Of a DNA stretch of 64,000 nucleotides, positions 42,465 to 53,788 are shown in pieces (position 1 is the first letter of the stretch; each line of letters opens with the position of its first letter). Source of the stretch: an uncultured delta proteobacterium (GTDB lineage: Bacteria; Desulfobacterota; Zymogenia; Zymogenales; Zymogenaceae); contig CAVTLK010000004.1 of NCBI GenBank assembly GCA_963735595.1, positions 160,001-224,000 on the forward strand. Reading direction: 5' to 3'. Below the pieces are notes generated by a model, which had not been told where the DNA came from, did not search any database, and saw nothing but the letters and a program-made list of their open reading frames with translations. The position numbers and the translations under genes are program-made.

Positions 42465-45308
42465 CTACCCCGCGGCGGCACTCCCGGTCTGCTCGCGGTT
42501 GAGGATATCCCGAAGGACGCGGCCCGTATACGAGTGCTCAACGTCCGCCACCTCTTCCGGGGTGCCGGTCGCCACGACCTCCCCTCCCCTGTCTCCCCCG
42601 TCGGGGCCCAGGTCGATGATCCAGTCGGCGCTCTTGATCATATCCGGGTTATGCTCGATAACGATGATGGTGTTGCCCTCGTTTCGCAGCCGGAACAGCA
42701 CCTTGAGGAGGTTTGCGATGTCGGCGAAGTGAAGCCCGGTCGTAGGCTCGTCGAGGATATAGAGGGTCTTGCCGGTGCTGCGCTTGGAAAGCTCGCGGGA
42801 AAGCTTGATACGCTGGGCCTCGCCGCCCGACAGCGTCGTGGCCGCCTGGCCCAGCGTAATATAGCCCAGGCCCACGTCGTGCAGCGTCAGGAGCTTTGCC
42901 ATGATCTGGGGATGACTGGTGAAGAACTCCATGGCCTGGTCTACCGTCATCTCCAGCACGTCGGCGATGTTCTTGCCCTTGTAGGTGATCTCGAGGGTCT
43001 CACGGTTGTAGCGCTTTCCCGCGCACGAGTCGCAGGTGACGTAGACGTCCGGCAGGAAGTGCATCTCGATCTTGATGATGCCGTCGCCCTGGCAGGTCTC
43101 GCAGCGGCCGCCCTTGACGTTGAAGCTGTAGCGGCCCGGCTTGTAGCCCCTGATCTTGGACTCGGGCAGCTGGGTAAAGAGGTCGCGGATGTGCGAGAAG
43201 AGGCCCGTATAGGTGGCCGGGTTTGAGCGGGGGGTGCGGCCGATGGGTGACTGGTCGATGTCGATGACCTTGTCGATGAGGTCTATGCCGGTGATTTTAT
43301 CGTGCTTGCCGGCCTTTTCCTTTGACCGGTAGAGGGCCTGGTTGAGGGCGAGGAACAGCGTATCGACCACGAGCGACGATTTGCCCGAGCCGGATACGCC
43401 GGTAACGCAGGTGAAGACGCCCAGCGGAAAGTCCGCGGTGATCGACTTGAGGTTGTTTTCCCGGGCGCCGGCGACCGAGAGCATCCCCTTTGATTTCCTG
43501 CGTTCGGCAGGGACCGGAATAGCGACCCTTCCCGAAAGGTATTTGCCGGTCAGTGACTTCTCGTCGGTAAGGATGTCGTCGGGCGTCCCCGAAAAAACGA
43601 CACGGCCGCCGGAAACGCCGGCCCCCGGCCCCATGTCGATGACGTAGTCGGCCGCCCTGATCGTCTCCTCGTCATGCTCCACGACGAGGACCGTGTTGCC
43701 CAGGTCGCGCAGGTTCATGAGGGTCTTGAGGAGCTTCTGGTTGTCCTTCTGGTGCAAACCGATGCTCGGCTCGTCCAGGATGTACAGCACCCCCATGAGG
43801 CGGGAACCGATCTGGGTCGCCAGGCGGATGCGCTGTCCCTCTCCTCCCGAGAGCGTGGCGGCGGTCCGGGAGAGCGAAAGGTAGTCAAGCCCGACGTCCA
43901 CCAAAAAACCGAGCCGCTCGATGATTTCCTTCTTAACGCGGCTGGCGATAAACTCCTCCTGGGCGGAGAGGGTGAGCGCCTCGAAGACGGTGAGCAGCTC
44001 TCTTACCGAGACGGTCGTATACTCGTAGATGCTTTTCCCGTCGATCCTGATGTGGAGGCTCTCCTTACGCAGACGCGCCCCGGCGCAGACCGGGCAGGAG
44101 CGCACGTTCATGAACCGGGCGATCTCCTCGCGGATCGCCTCGGAATCGGTCTCGCTGAAGCGGCGGTTGAGGTTTTCGATGATTCCCTCGAAGGGACGGG
44201 GATAGAAGAACTTACGGCCGTCCCGCTCGAAATAGAAGTCGATTTTATCTTCTCCCGATCCGAACAGGATAATGTTCTGGATCTTTTGGGGAAGCTTCTC
44301 GAAGGGGGTGTAGATATCGAAGCTGTAATGGTTTACCAGCGCGTCAAGCATCTGGAAGTGGTAGACCGAGTTCTTCTTTTCCCAGGGGACAATCGCCCCC
44401 TCCCGCAGCGACAGGGACCTGTTGGGGACGATGAGGTCCGGGTCCAGGTACATGGTTGTACCCAGGCCTCCGCACTGGGGGCAGGCGCCGTGGGGGTTGT
44501 TGAAGGAAAAGAGGCGCGGAGAGATCTCCGGGTAGCTGATCCCGCAGACATTGCACGCGAACTTCTCCGAAAAGGGGATCTCTTCTCCGTCCTCAACGGC
44601 GATGGTGACAAAACCGTCGGAAAGCCTGAGGGCAGTCTCCACGGAATCGGTCAGGCGGTGGCCGAGGGTCTCTTTCATCACGAGACGGTCGATGACCACC
44701 TCGATATCGTGCTTTTTGTTCTTATCGAGCGCGATTTCTTCGTCCAGCGTATACATGCTGCCGTCCACCCGGACCCGGAGGTAGCCGGAGCGCCGGAACG
44801 ACTCGAGCTCGCGCTTGTATTCGCCCTTTCTCCCCTTGACGACCGGGGCCAACACCGAAAACTTCGTGCCGGGGGCAAGCTCCAGGACGTGATCGACGAT
44901 GCTCTGGACGGTGACGGCGGTGATCTCCCGGCCGCAGTTGTAGCAGAAGGGATGGCCCACGCGGGCGAAGAGAAGCCTCAAATAGTCATATATCTCGGTG
45001 ACGGTGCCGACGGTGGAGCGGGGGTTCTTGCTGGTGGTCTTCTGCTCAATTGAGATGGCCGGGGAAAGCCCCTCGATGAAATCGACGTCGGGCTTGTCCA
45101 TCTGCTCGAGGAACTGCCGGGCGTAGGCCGACAGGGACTCCACGTAGCGACGCTGCCCCTCGGCATAGATCGTATCAAACGCGAGCGTGGATTTACCGGA
45201 GCCGGATAGCCCCGTGATGACGACGAGCTTATCCCGGGGGATGACAACCTCGATATCCTTGAGATTATGTTCCCGGGCGCCCTTTACCCGGATATGGGTT
45301 TCCGCCAT
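42465..45308 (-). CDS. uvrA: Excinuclease ABC subunit A
   Basis: GAREHNLK, two Walker A motifs GLSGSGKS and GVSGSGKS, zinc fingers, LSGGE signatures. Confidence 0.99.
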   Translation of the reverse strand: MAETHIRVKGAREHNLKDIEVVIPRDKLVVITGLSGSGKSTLAFDTIYAEGQRRYVESLSAYARQFLEQMDKPDVDFIEGLSPAISIEQKTTSKNPRSTVGTVTEIYDYLRLLFARVGHPFCYNCGREITAVTVQSIVDHVLELAPGTKFSVLAPVVKGRKGEYKRELESFRRSGYLRVRVDGSMYTLDEEIALDKNKKHDIEVVIDRLVMKETLGHRLTDSVETALRLSDGFVTIAVEDGEEIPFSEKFACNVCGISYPEISPRLFSFNNPHGACPQCGGLGTTMYLDPDLIVPNRSLSLREGAIVPWEKKNSVYHFQMLDALVNHYSFDIYTPFEKLPQKIQNIILFGSGEDKIDFYFERDGRKFFYPRPFEGIIENLNRRFSETDSEAIREEIARFMNVRSCPVCAGARLRKESLHIRIDGKSIYEYTTVSVRELLTVFEALTLSAQEEFIASRVKKEIIERLGFLVDVGLDYLSLSRTAATLSGGEGQRIRLATQIGSRLMGVLYILDEPSIGLHQKDNQKLLKTLMNLRDLGNTVLVVEHDEETIRAADYVIDMGPGAGVSGGRVVFSGTPDDILTDEKSLTGKYLSGRVAIPVPAERRKSKGMLSVAGARENNLKSITADFPLGVFTCVTGVSGSGKSSLVVDTLFLALNQALYRSKEKAGKHDKITGIDLIDKVIDIDQSPIGRTPRSNPATYTGLFSHIRDLFTQLPESKIRGYKPGRYSFNVKGGRCETCQGDGIIKIEMHFLPDVYVTCDSCAGKRYNRETLEITYKGKNIADVLEMTVDQAMEFFTSHPQIMAKLLTLHDVGLGYITLGQAATTLSGGEAQRIKLSRELSKRSTGKTLYILDEPTTGLHFADIANLLKVLFRLRNEGNTIIVIEHNPDMIKSADWIIDLGPDGGDRGGEVVATGTPEEVADVEHSYTGRVLRDILNREQTGSAAAG

Positions 45309-45335
45309 GCGCGACCACCGTCTGCAGGTTAAATC

Positions 45336-45372
45336 AATCTGCAATTATACTGCAAGATTCATCCTATGTAAA
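45336..45372 (-). promoter_or_regulatory. uvrA promoter with inverted repeat centred on -10
   Basis: Minus strand TTTACA-N17-TATAAT; AATCTGCA-N7-TGCA(A)GATT brackets the -10. Confidence 0.55.
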
Positions 45373-45511
45373 GAGTTTCGTGAAAATTGATATATAAACG
45401 AGCCCATTGTTGGAGGGGACGATAGACATCCGGTTACGATGGAAACGTAGAACAAAAGTGAGGGATGCATGAATCGTCCGGTTGCCCCGTTCATCTTAAT
45501 TAGAAATATAG

Positions 45512-45542
45512 TTGACATAAGGGAGGGGGAATAGTATACTAT
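45512..45542 (+). promoter_or_regulatory. sigma70 promoter of the FAD/Fe-S oxidoreductase
   Basis: TTGACA-N17-TATACT; -10 sits inside perfect palindrome ATAGTATACTAT. Confidence 0.7.
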
Positions 45543-45609
45543 ATTAGTCATGATTCGCGTCGCCATTCTTTTCCTACATATCTCATCAATAAAAAGCTAG
45601 GGAGGATAT

Positions 45610-48600
45610 ATGGGAGCATTGAGCAAAGCCGAGCGGTCGTTCCTCGAGGGGACGTTCGGCGGCCGCGTCACGTTTGACAGGATGGAGCGAAAGCTCTACG
45701 GGCACGACATAGCCGCGATGCCCGCGATTATGAAGCCGGTCATCGGGTCCACGGTGCCGGAAGCGGTCGTCCAGCCCGAGACCGAAAAGGAGCTGGTCGC
45801 GCTGGTGAGGTGGGCCAACGAAAACAGGATACCGCTGACCCCGCGGGGCAAGGCGTCGTCCGGGTACGGGGGAGTCCTGCCGGTAAAGGGGGGGGTCGTC
45901 GTTGATTTCTTCCGCATGAATAACGTCATCGCCATCGACAAGGCAAAGCAGACGGTCACGGCACAGGCAGGAATCGTTTGGGAAAAGATCGACCGGGCGC
46001 TCAAAAAGGAGGGGCTCACCGTCAACCTCTATCCCTCCAGCTACCCCGGTTCCACCGTCGGCGGATGGCTTGCCCAGGGAGGGACCGGGATCGGATCGTT
46101 TGAAGCGGGCTGGTTTGTCGACAACGTCGTTTCGGCCCGCGTAGTACTTGCCGACGGGACGGTAAAGGAATTCTCCGGCAAAGACATCGAGCTGATCTCC
46201 GAGGCCGAGGGCATCACCGGGCTGATCTCGACGATTACGATCAAGGCGATGAGAGACGAGAAACTCGCGGTCGTCGCGATCGGATGCCCCGATTCCCTCA
46301 ACACGCAAAAACTCATCGAGTCGATGATATCGGCCAAGCTGCCGATATGGTCGCTCATGTTCATCAACCCGCGAATGGCCGAGATGAAGAACCGCTCCCC
46401 GCTTATCGAGCAGCACGGCCATCCGGCCGAAGAGCGGGTGCTGCTGCCGGCGTCCTACATCATCACGATCGCCTACCGGGAAAAAGACACCGGCGCCGTG
46501 AAGGGAAAGATCACGGAGCTGATAAAGCCGTGCGAGGCCGAAATTCTCAGCGATCGGGTGGCGCAACACGAATGGAAAAACCGGTTCAAGCTGATGGTCG
46601 TCAAACGGCTCGGTCCAAGCCTCATACCGACGGAGATCGTCATTCCGCTTTCCGAACTCGGAGCGGTCATGGAGGAGATCGAGCATAAGGTAAACCAGCC
46701 GATCGTCAAGGAAGGCGTCGTCGTTCAACAGGGGAAGAACGGCAAGCCCGAGGTCGTCATATTGGGCTTTATTCCCGCCGACCAAAGAAAATTCAGCTAT
46801 AATCTCGTCTTCACTCTGGCGATGACCGTCATTAATATCGCCGAGCGGCACGGGGGACGGGCATACTCAACGGGCCTCTATTTCGCCAAGAAGGCCAGGG
46901 AAGTGCTGGGCAAACAGCGGGTTGAACGTATCAAGGAACTCAAGAAGAAAAGCGACCCAAGAGGCATCCTCAATCCCCACAAGGTGATCGATAACGGCTT
47001 TCTGGGAATGGTCATGGGGGCGGCGAAATTCCTGGAGCCCTTCGGCAGACCGTTGGGCAACTACATCATCACCAAAATCGGCGAGCGTCCAACCGAACCC
47101 GATACGGGACATCCCGGCCGACGTGGCGTGGTACGCCTACGGCTGCTCCCAGTGCGGCTACTGTGTCGAGGAATGCGACCAGTTCTACGGCCGCGGGTGG
47201 GAGAGCCAGTCCCCGCGCGGCAAGTGGTACTGGCTGCGGGAATATATGGAGGGCAGAGAGGAGTGGAACCAGGCCGTGGTGGATACCTTCCTGGTCTGCA
47301 CGACCTGCGAGCTCTGTAACCTGCGCTGCAGTGCGGCGCTGCCCATCGAGCCGTCATGGATGAAGCTGCGCGGAAAGCTCATCCATGAAGAGAAGAAAAT
47401 GACCTTCCCGCCCTTCGAGATGATGACCGCGGCCCTCACCAAGGAGGGGGACATCTGGGCAGGCTACCGAAAGAACCGATGGGACTGGTTCCCCAAGGAT
47501 CTTGCCGAGAAACACGGGCCGGGTAAAAAGGGAAAGGCCGTCTATTTTGCAGGATGTACGGCGAGCTACGTCGAGCACGATATCGCGATGGCATCCGTCC
47601 GGCTCCTGGATAAGGCGGGGGTCGATTTTGTCACCGTCGGCAACAAGGAAAGCTGCTGCGGCACGCCCATGCTGGTGGCCGGTAAGTGGGAGGTCTTTGC
47701 CGAAACAATGAAAAAGAACATCGCCGCCGTAAAGGCCGCGGGGGCCGATACGGTCATCAGCTCGTGCCCCGCCTGTGACATGATGTGGAGGCACACCTAC
47801 CCCGAATGGGCAGAGAAGCTCGGCGTTGAATTCGGGATCACCGCGAAACACTACAGCGAGGTCGTCTCCGAAAAGATCAAGTCGGGAAAATTCACCTTCC
47901 CCTCCAACGGGAAGAAGAAGGAAAAGGTCACCTGGCACGACTCGTGCCATATCGGCCGCGTCTCGGGCGTATACGAAGCGCCGCGCGACCTCATCAAGGC
48001 CAACCCCAACGCCGACTTTGTGGAGATGCCGTTTAACCGGGACGAGGCCCACTGCTGCGGGAGCGTGCTCACCCTCATCAAGGATCCGCCGATCGCGGCC
48101 GAAATCGGCAGAACGCGCATCGAGGAGGCCCTGGAAGTCGGCGCGGAAAAGATCGTAGCGCTATGCCCCTGCTGCGAGTTCCAGCTCAGGGTATCGGCAG
48201 ACAAGAAGAAGCTCCCCGTGGAGGTCGTGGACCTGGCACGGTACTCGTCGGAGGCGCTCGGGTACGACTTTCCCGATCCGAATCCGGAGGTAAAAAGACA
48301 GTGGGCGGTCTTCGAGGCGATGATCGCGCTGATGACGCCCCAGGGATTCGCCGACCTGATGGGCACGATGTTCAAGGAACTGATCGACGCCATGCCGCTG
48401 GGCATGGGACCGATGATGCGCGTGATGGGAAAGATACCGGGTGCGCTCAACCTCATGAAGCCGATGTTCCCGGTGCTATTTCCGATCCTTCTTCCGAGGA
48501 TGATGCCCAAGGTCATGCCCACGATGCTCTCGCGCGTGGCCGACAAGGTACCGATGCCCGACTACATGCTGGAGCAGATGCCGGAATTGATGCCCAAGGT

Positions 48601-48691
48601 CATGGATAACCTCATGCCCCATATGATCGGGGACGTGGTGCCGCTGGTGACCGGCCCGATGATCGATTATCTGCAGGGTAAAAGGGCATAG
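45610..48691 (+). CDS. FAD-binding (GlcD/VAO) + 4Fe-4S + CCG-domain fused oxidoreductase (one frameshift near 47100)
   Basis: PEAVVQP, TPRGKASS, STVGGWLA, EAEGITG, DPRGILNPHK; CSQCGYC, CTTCELC; YFAGC, ESCCG, TWHDSCH, HCCG. Confidence 0.9.
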
Positions 48692-48711
48692 ACTTCGTTA
48701 AAAGAAAAGCG

Positions 48712-48744
48712 AAAAAAGCCCCACCATAATGGTGGGGCTTTTTT
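48712..48744. terminator. Bidirectional terminator
   Basis: AAAAAAGCCCCACCAT-a-ATGGTGGGGCTTTTTT between convergent genes. Confidence 0.85.
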
Positions 48745-48827
48745 ATTTCGATGCAAGGCGTCAGGAAAGGCGGCTTCGCTCAGTAAAACAGCCAATTTGC
48801 CGCAGAGCCATCTTCGGCGCTCCCGCC

Positions 48828-50453
48828 CTATTCCGCCCCCGCCCCCGGCTTGAAATGCTCATGGGTGAGCTTACCCGCGGACTTAAAGTGCCCGAAGATC
48901 CCCTTTTTCGGGTAGATATCCTCCAGCAGGAAGACGAGAAAGGAAAAGACGAAGATAATGATCCCCGAGACGAGGAAGCAGTCGTCGAATGCATTGGAGG
49001 ATGCCCATTTTTGAAAATGGGTGGCGACAATATAGTAGGCCTTCGTGGTGACGCTGTCGAGCGTGCTGCCGGAAAGGATGAGGGCGCTCTTGATCTTGGC
49101 CACCAGCAGGTTCAGCGGGGTGTTGTCCGGCGTGAAGTAGCTCAGGTAGGTCTGCTGGTGGAACATTCGCCTGCGGGTGAGGAAGGCCCCGAAGACCGCG
49201 ATCCCGAGGGCCGCGGAGACCTGCATGATCAGGTTGAGGAGACCCGATGCCAGGCTCATCATCTTCTGAGGCACGGAGTTCATGGCGGCCACGGTTATGG
49301 GCGCCATGAGAAAGCCCATGCCCGCCCCCCGCAGGATGAGCCCGTAGAGCATAAAGCCGCGGGACGAGTTGAGGGAGAGCTCGCTGTAGAGAAAGAATGA
49401 ATAGGCGGTGATGATCCCCCCAATGATGTACGGGACCTTCGGGCCGATGCGGTCGGTGAGGTTGCCGGCTATCGGCATCGCGAGGGCGACCGCCAGTGCC
49501 GAGGGCATCATAAGTAAGCCGGTATCTAAGGCCGAGTACCCGAGCAGCTGCTGGAGAAACAGCGGCAAGAGAAACACGGAGGAAAAGAGGGCGATCGATC
49601 GTATGGTCCCCAGTATACAGGTGATTGAAAAATTGCGTATCTTGAAGATCTGAAGGTTGACGATCGGGTGTTCCACTATCGATTCGACGATCAGGAAAAT
49701 CATGAAGGAAAAGTAAGCGACTGCAAACAGCGTCAGGATATAGGTAGAGCCCCACCCTTCCCGCTCCCCCTGGGTCAACCCGGTGAGAAGCCCCGCCAGG
49801 GCGAGGGACAGGAAGAAGAACCCTAAGAAGTCAAACCGATAAAGACCCCGGTGACCGGTGCTGCGGCGCATGAGGGCCAGGGTCAGGGCGATGACAACGG
49901 CGCCGATCGGTATATTGATATAAAATATAGCGCGCCAGTTTACGTAGTCCAGGAGGTAGCCGCCGATAGTGGGGCCGAGCGCCGGTGCGATAGTGGCCCC
50001 GGCGCCCCATACCCCAAGGGCCATCCCCCGCTGGCTCGGCGGGAAGACCTCGCTGACCATCGTGAGTCCGGTGGGCATGAGCGCACCCCCCCCGACCGCC
50101 TGGATGACCCGAAAGAAGATCAGGGAATCGAGGCTCCACGCCAGGCCGCAGAGGGCTGAACCGATCGTAAATACCACGAGGGCCAGCGCAAACGCGTTCC
50201 TGAGGCCGATGGCGTCCCGAAACCAGGTGGTCGCCGGCATCAGGATCGCAAAGGCCAGCATGTATCCGGTCGAAACCCATTCGATCTGCTCGAGGTTGGC
50301 CGAAAAGGTGACCATCAGGTGGGAAAGAGCAACGTTGACAATAGAGCTGTCCAGGATGGCCATGAACGAGCCGAGGATGGCCAGAGCCAGGACCTCCCAC
50401 TTATAGAAGGAGTTCTCGTCGCTATTCGTCGGATTTTGAGTCGTGGTGGTCAC
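48828..50453 (-). CDS. DHA2 (EmrB/QacA) MFS efflux permease
   Basis: FMAILDSSIVNVAL, WVSTGYMLA, FRVIQAVGGG, APALGPTIGG, WRAIFYINIPIG. Confidence 0.95.
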   Translation of the reverse strand: MTTTTQNPTNSDENSFYKWEVLALAILGSFMAILDSSIVNVALSHLMVTFSANLEQIEWVSTGYMLAFAILMPATTWFRDAIGLRNAFALALVVFTIGSALCGLAWSLDSLIFFRVIQAVGGGALMPTGLTMVSEVFPPSQRGMALGVWGAGATIAPALGPTIGGYLLDYVNWRAIFYINIPIGAVVIALTLALMRRSTGHRGLYRFDFLGFFFLSLALAGLLTGLTQGEREGWGSTYILTLFAVAYFSFMIFLIVESIVEHPIVNLQIFKIRNFSITCILGTIRSIALFSSVFLLPLFLQQLLGYSALDTGLLMMPSALAVALAMPIAGNLTDRIGPKVPYIIGGIITAYSFFLYSELSLNSSRGFMLYGLILRGAGMGFLMAPITVAAMNSVPQKMMSLASGLLNLIMQVSAALGIAVFGAFLTRRRMFHQQTYLSYFTPDNTPLNLLVAKIKSALILSGSTLDSVTTKAYYIVATHFQKWASSNAFDDCFLVSGIIIFVFSFLVFLLEDIYPKKGIFGHFKSAGKLTHEHFKPGAGAE

Positions 50454-51379
50454 TTCGTGTAGATGGTAACGGCTACGTTTGATCCCGGCCTGAGGATAAA
50501 TCCCTTTGTATCGATCGATATCCGGACGGGTATGGTCTGGGTCACCTTGATAAAGCTTCCCGAGACATTATCCTGGGGGATGAGGGAAAAAACGGCGGTG
50601 GCGGCAACCCCGATGTCGATGACCTCTCCCCTGAAGACCTCCCCCGGATAGGTATCCACAATAATCTTTACGGGCTGCCCAACCGCAATGTCGGCCACTT
50701 CGTCCTCGTTTATCTTCGCCGTCACCCAGACGTTATTCGGATCGACGAGCGCGCAGACCGGCTGCCCGGCCGTGACGATCTCCCCCAGGTCGGCAAGCTT
50801 CTTCGCGAACCGCCCGTTGATGGGGGATTTCAGCGGGATGTAGGGGGTATCGGCCTCGGTCACCGCAAGAATATTGCGGGCCATGTCGTAGAGGTCCCTG
50901 GCGGAATCGACCTGGGCGCGGAGGATTGAAAGCGATGTCGCTTCGCCGTCAAGCTCCTGGCGGGGCACCCCCCCGGTCTCGAAGAGGGCCTTCTTGCGGG
51001 CGTAGTTCTTTTCGGCAAGGATCAGCTTGTCACTGAGGTTCTCGATCTCCTTTTTCATACCGGCAAGCGTCGAGAAGGCCGAGAGGTTCTCGGAGCCCTT
51101 GAGCCGCTCCGCGGTGCCCAGGAGCGGATTGATCTCGGCCACTGTCTCGCCGATAGAGACCTCGTTGAACTCGGATTTCGGGAGTTTCGCCACGATACCG
51201 GCCGTATCGCTGGAAATGTAGATAATATCGCCGTCGATCTTGGCGTTTTCCGTCCGTACCGTACCGTAGGTAAAGACCAGCCACGATACCGTGGCAATCA
51301 GCCCCGCGGCGATAAATCCGAGGGGGATGCTGATCTCTTTTCTCGTGAGAAGCTTCTTGATATCGAATTTCTTGATCAT
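50450..51379 (-). CDS. EmrA/HlyD membrane fusion protein
   Basis: N-terminal TM, LKSPING, WVTAKINE, FSLIPQDNVSGSFIKVTQTIPVRI; 4-bp overlap with permease. Confidence 0.93.
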   Translation of the reverse strand: MIKKFDIKKLLTRKEISIPLGFIAAGLIATVSWLVFTYGTVRTENAKIDGDIIYISSDTAGIVAKLPKSEFNEVSIGETVAEINPLLGTAERLKGSENLSAFSTLAGMKKEIENLSDKLILAEKNYARKKALFETGGVPRQELDGEATSLSILRAQVDSARDLYDMARNILAVTEADTPYIPLKSPINGRFAKKLADLGEIVTAGQPVCALVDPNNVWVTAKINEDEVADIAVGQPVKIIVDTYPGEVFRGEVIDIGVAATAVFSLIPQDNVSGSFIKVTQTIPVRISIDTKGFILRPGSNVAVTIYTK

Positions 51380-51423
51380 CGTCGCCTATTCATACGGCAG
51401 TATAGCGGCCGGCCGCGCGGGTT

Positions 51424-51975
51424 TCACCTGGCGCCTCGCCCGGGGATGGGATGCGCAATTGTCTTGTTTGCCCGGTCGGGGTCAAACGGGGGCATTACGT
51501 GGGCCTTGCCGTCGTGGCAACGCGCACAGGTCTCGCCGGGATTGGCGACAAGGCCCTTCGAAACGGCCTTTGTTTTATCGTACATGATCGAGAAAAAGGC
51601 ATACCCTCCGCCCGCCCCGTGGCACGCTTCGCAGCTAACCCCGTCTTCCCTTCGGTAGAGCGGCCCGAGGAGGTTAAAGGGCGTATCGTAGCCGGTCAGG
51701 TGGCACGAAAGGCACTTCGGATCGCGGGCGGGTTTTGCGATCCCCTTTTCTTTGGCGATGGCTATCCCCTGTTCGGAGGAAAGGTCGCTCAAGGCGCGCC
51801 TGTGGGCGGACGAAAACCACGTATCGTATTGATTGCCGATTTCCACTGTGGAGTGGCACAGCGAACACCGAGAGGCACCTTCGAAGGGATAGGCCGGAAG
51901 ATCGGTGAATGAGAGAAGAAAGATCCCGGCGACGCATAACAGGCCGAGGGTCAACGGGGGCAGGTACTTTTTCAT
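51424..51975 (-). CDS. Tetraheme cytochrome c (c554-like family)
   Basis: Signal/TM segment; four CxxCH motifs (CSLCH, CLSCH, CEACH, CARCH); W..SAH and EDGVSCEACHG. Confidence 0.88.
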   Translation of the reverse strand: MKKYLPPLTLGLLCVAGIFLLSFTDLPAYPFEGASRCSLCHSTVEIGNQYDTWFSSAHRRALSDLSSEQGIAIAKEKGIAKPARDPKCLSCHLTGYDTPFNLLGPLYRREDGVSCEACHGAGGGYAFFSIMYDKTKAVSKGLVANPGETCARCHDGKAHVMPPFDPDRANKTIAHPIPGRGAR

Positions 51976-51982
51976 GAAACGA

Positions 51983-52011
51983 ATCATAGCTTTAGGCGAT
52001 AGCCAAGTCAA
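51983..52011 (-). promoter_or_regulatory. sigma70 promoter of the cytochrome c gene (leaderless layout)
   Basis: Minus strand TTGACT-N17-TATGAT, 7 nt before ATG 51975, no SD. Confidence 0.65.
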
Positions 52012-52078
52012 TAAAAAGTTTGACTTTATCCGTAAAAAGAGATACTTATTCTTCCAAGGGATTATGAGGAGTACTTCT

Positions 52079-52331
52079 ATGAAAAGGGCTGTTTTGGTCG
52101 CTGTCGCCGTATTGTTTGCGGCGGGCCTTATGTTGACCTCCGGGGTGCGGCCCGAGCACCAGGGAGCAACTGGAACAGAAGACCAAGGAGAACCAGGAGC
52201 TTCAGACCAAGGTCACGGAGCTGGAGAAGGAAGTGAAGAAGCTTCAGGGTGACCTGTCTACGTGCCAGGAGGATTTCAAGAACCTCCTTTATTATAACAG
52301 GGAAAAGGACAAGGGGTCCACGAGCCGGTAA
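52079..52331 (+). CDS. Small coiled-coil lipoprotein (frameshift near lipobox)
   Basis: MKRAVLVAVAVLFAAGLMLTSG, then in shifted frame CGPSTREQLEQKTKENQELQTKVTELEKEVKKLQGDL..*; SD GAGGAG. Confidence 0.7.
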
Positions 52332-52567
52332 TCCGGTGCACCAGTCAGGCGGCCGATGATGGTCAACCCGTCAGGGGTTTCCCTTTCTCATCGGCTCCCC
52401 GTTCGGCCGGTACGGTCCCCGGGCCGACGGCTCCCTCGACAAGAGACCATCCTGGTAAAGACAGAAAGAGTTCCCGTATCGACATCCTCATAGATTCTTG
52501 TTGTTTGAGTATAATGAATCGGGCGGCAGGAGCGGCCGCCTTCACCGGTTATCGTGGTCGGGTAACG

Positions 52568-53526
52568 GTGGACTGCAGTATCCTATCCCGCCAGAGAAAG
52601 ACCCCCGTCCTCAGGCGGGCACCTTCGGGTGCCTTGCCGGCATCCCCTCTGTCAATGTCACCGATCGGGTGCCTGCTGGGCTGCGTCTACTGCTACGCCC
52701 GCGGCTACCCGGGCGCTCCGGGGGCGGACCGGGTCGTCCTCTTTAGTAACCTCGCCCAAAAACTTACGGAAGAACTCCGGCATAAACGGCGGCAGCCGCG
52801 CCTGGTTCTCTTCAACACCGCCTCGGATTCCTTTCAACCACATCCCGATATCATCGAGTACCTCGGTCAGGCTCATGGAGATCCTGCTGGATCGCGGGAT
52901 TGCGGTCTCACTGCTCACCAAGGGGGTCCTGCCGCGGCGTTTTCTGGAGCCGTGGCCCGGGCCACCCGGGTCTTGTCTTCGTCCGGATCGGGATCGTCTC
53001 CCTTGATCCCTCGATATCAGGCGCGGTTCGAGCCGTGTGCGGCAACGCCGGACGAAAGCCTTGCCAATATCGAGCGGCTGGTCTCGGTCGGGATCGTCCC
53101 GGAGGCGCGGATCGATCCGGTGATTCCGTTCGTGACCGACGCGAAGGCTTCGTTTGAGACGTTGTTTCGGGAACTGGCGGCGCGTGGGGTGAGAAAGGCG
53201 ATGATCAGCTATCTCCACCTGCGGCCGGCAATCGAGGCCCGGTGAAACGGGAGATCGAGCCGGTTAGTCGCCGAGCTGATCGGGCGAATGTTTCGGGGGG
53301 CCGGATACAAAACGGTGGGCGCCTCGACGATGACCAAGCTTATCCTCCGAGGTCAGGCGGCGGGGTTACGAACGGGCGCGCGAGGCCGCCGACCGGCACG
53401 GGGTGGCGCTCTCGATCTGTTCGTGCAAGAACCCGGAAATGGAGGGCGGACTCTGCGTGGAGGGACTGGGGAGTTGGCGGGGGAAAAGCGGGGGGAAAAG
53501 GCCGGCAGCTCTCGCTACTGGAGTGA
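52568..53526 (+). CDS. Radical SAM protein (SplB/Rv2578c-like), frameshifted; start approximate
   Basis: GCLLGCVYCYA (CxxxCxxC), FNTASDSFQ, SLLTKG, FEPCAATP, RIDPVIPFVTD, CSCKNP, terminal QLSLL. Confidence 0.82.
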
Positions 53527-53543
53527 CGGCTCAAGAAGGACAT

Positions 53544-53608
53544 TCACCACGAAGGCACAAAGGCACGAAGGAAAAGAGCCTTCTTTGTGCCTTCGTGCCT
53601 TGTGGTGA
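53544..53608. repeat. REP-like imperfect inverted repeat with internal tandem units
   Basis: TCACCACGAAGGCACAAAGGCACGAAG ... CTTTGTGCCTTCGTGCCTTGTGGTGA. Confidence 0.85.
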
Positions 53609-53660
53609 CTTCTTCTGAGAGATTACGGCGACAGGAAATAACGTCGTCTCTGTCGGGGTG

Positions 53661-53703
53661 TTGACAAATGTCGGTGCATGAACGGTATAGTGCTAACCGT
53701 TCA
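53661..53703 (+). promoter_or_regulatory. Promoter/operator upstream of the enoyl-CoA hydratase
   Basis: TTGACA-N19-TATAGT; inverted repeat TGAACGGT-N9-ACCGTTCA (53679-53703) over the -10. Confidence 0.55.
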
Positions 53704-53788
53704 ATAGGGGCGTATTACGGAACGACCGCTAATATAACTCTTCCACTTCAGTTGTCCGCCGCGATGCGGGCGGGAAAGGAGAAACACC

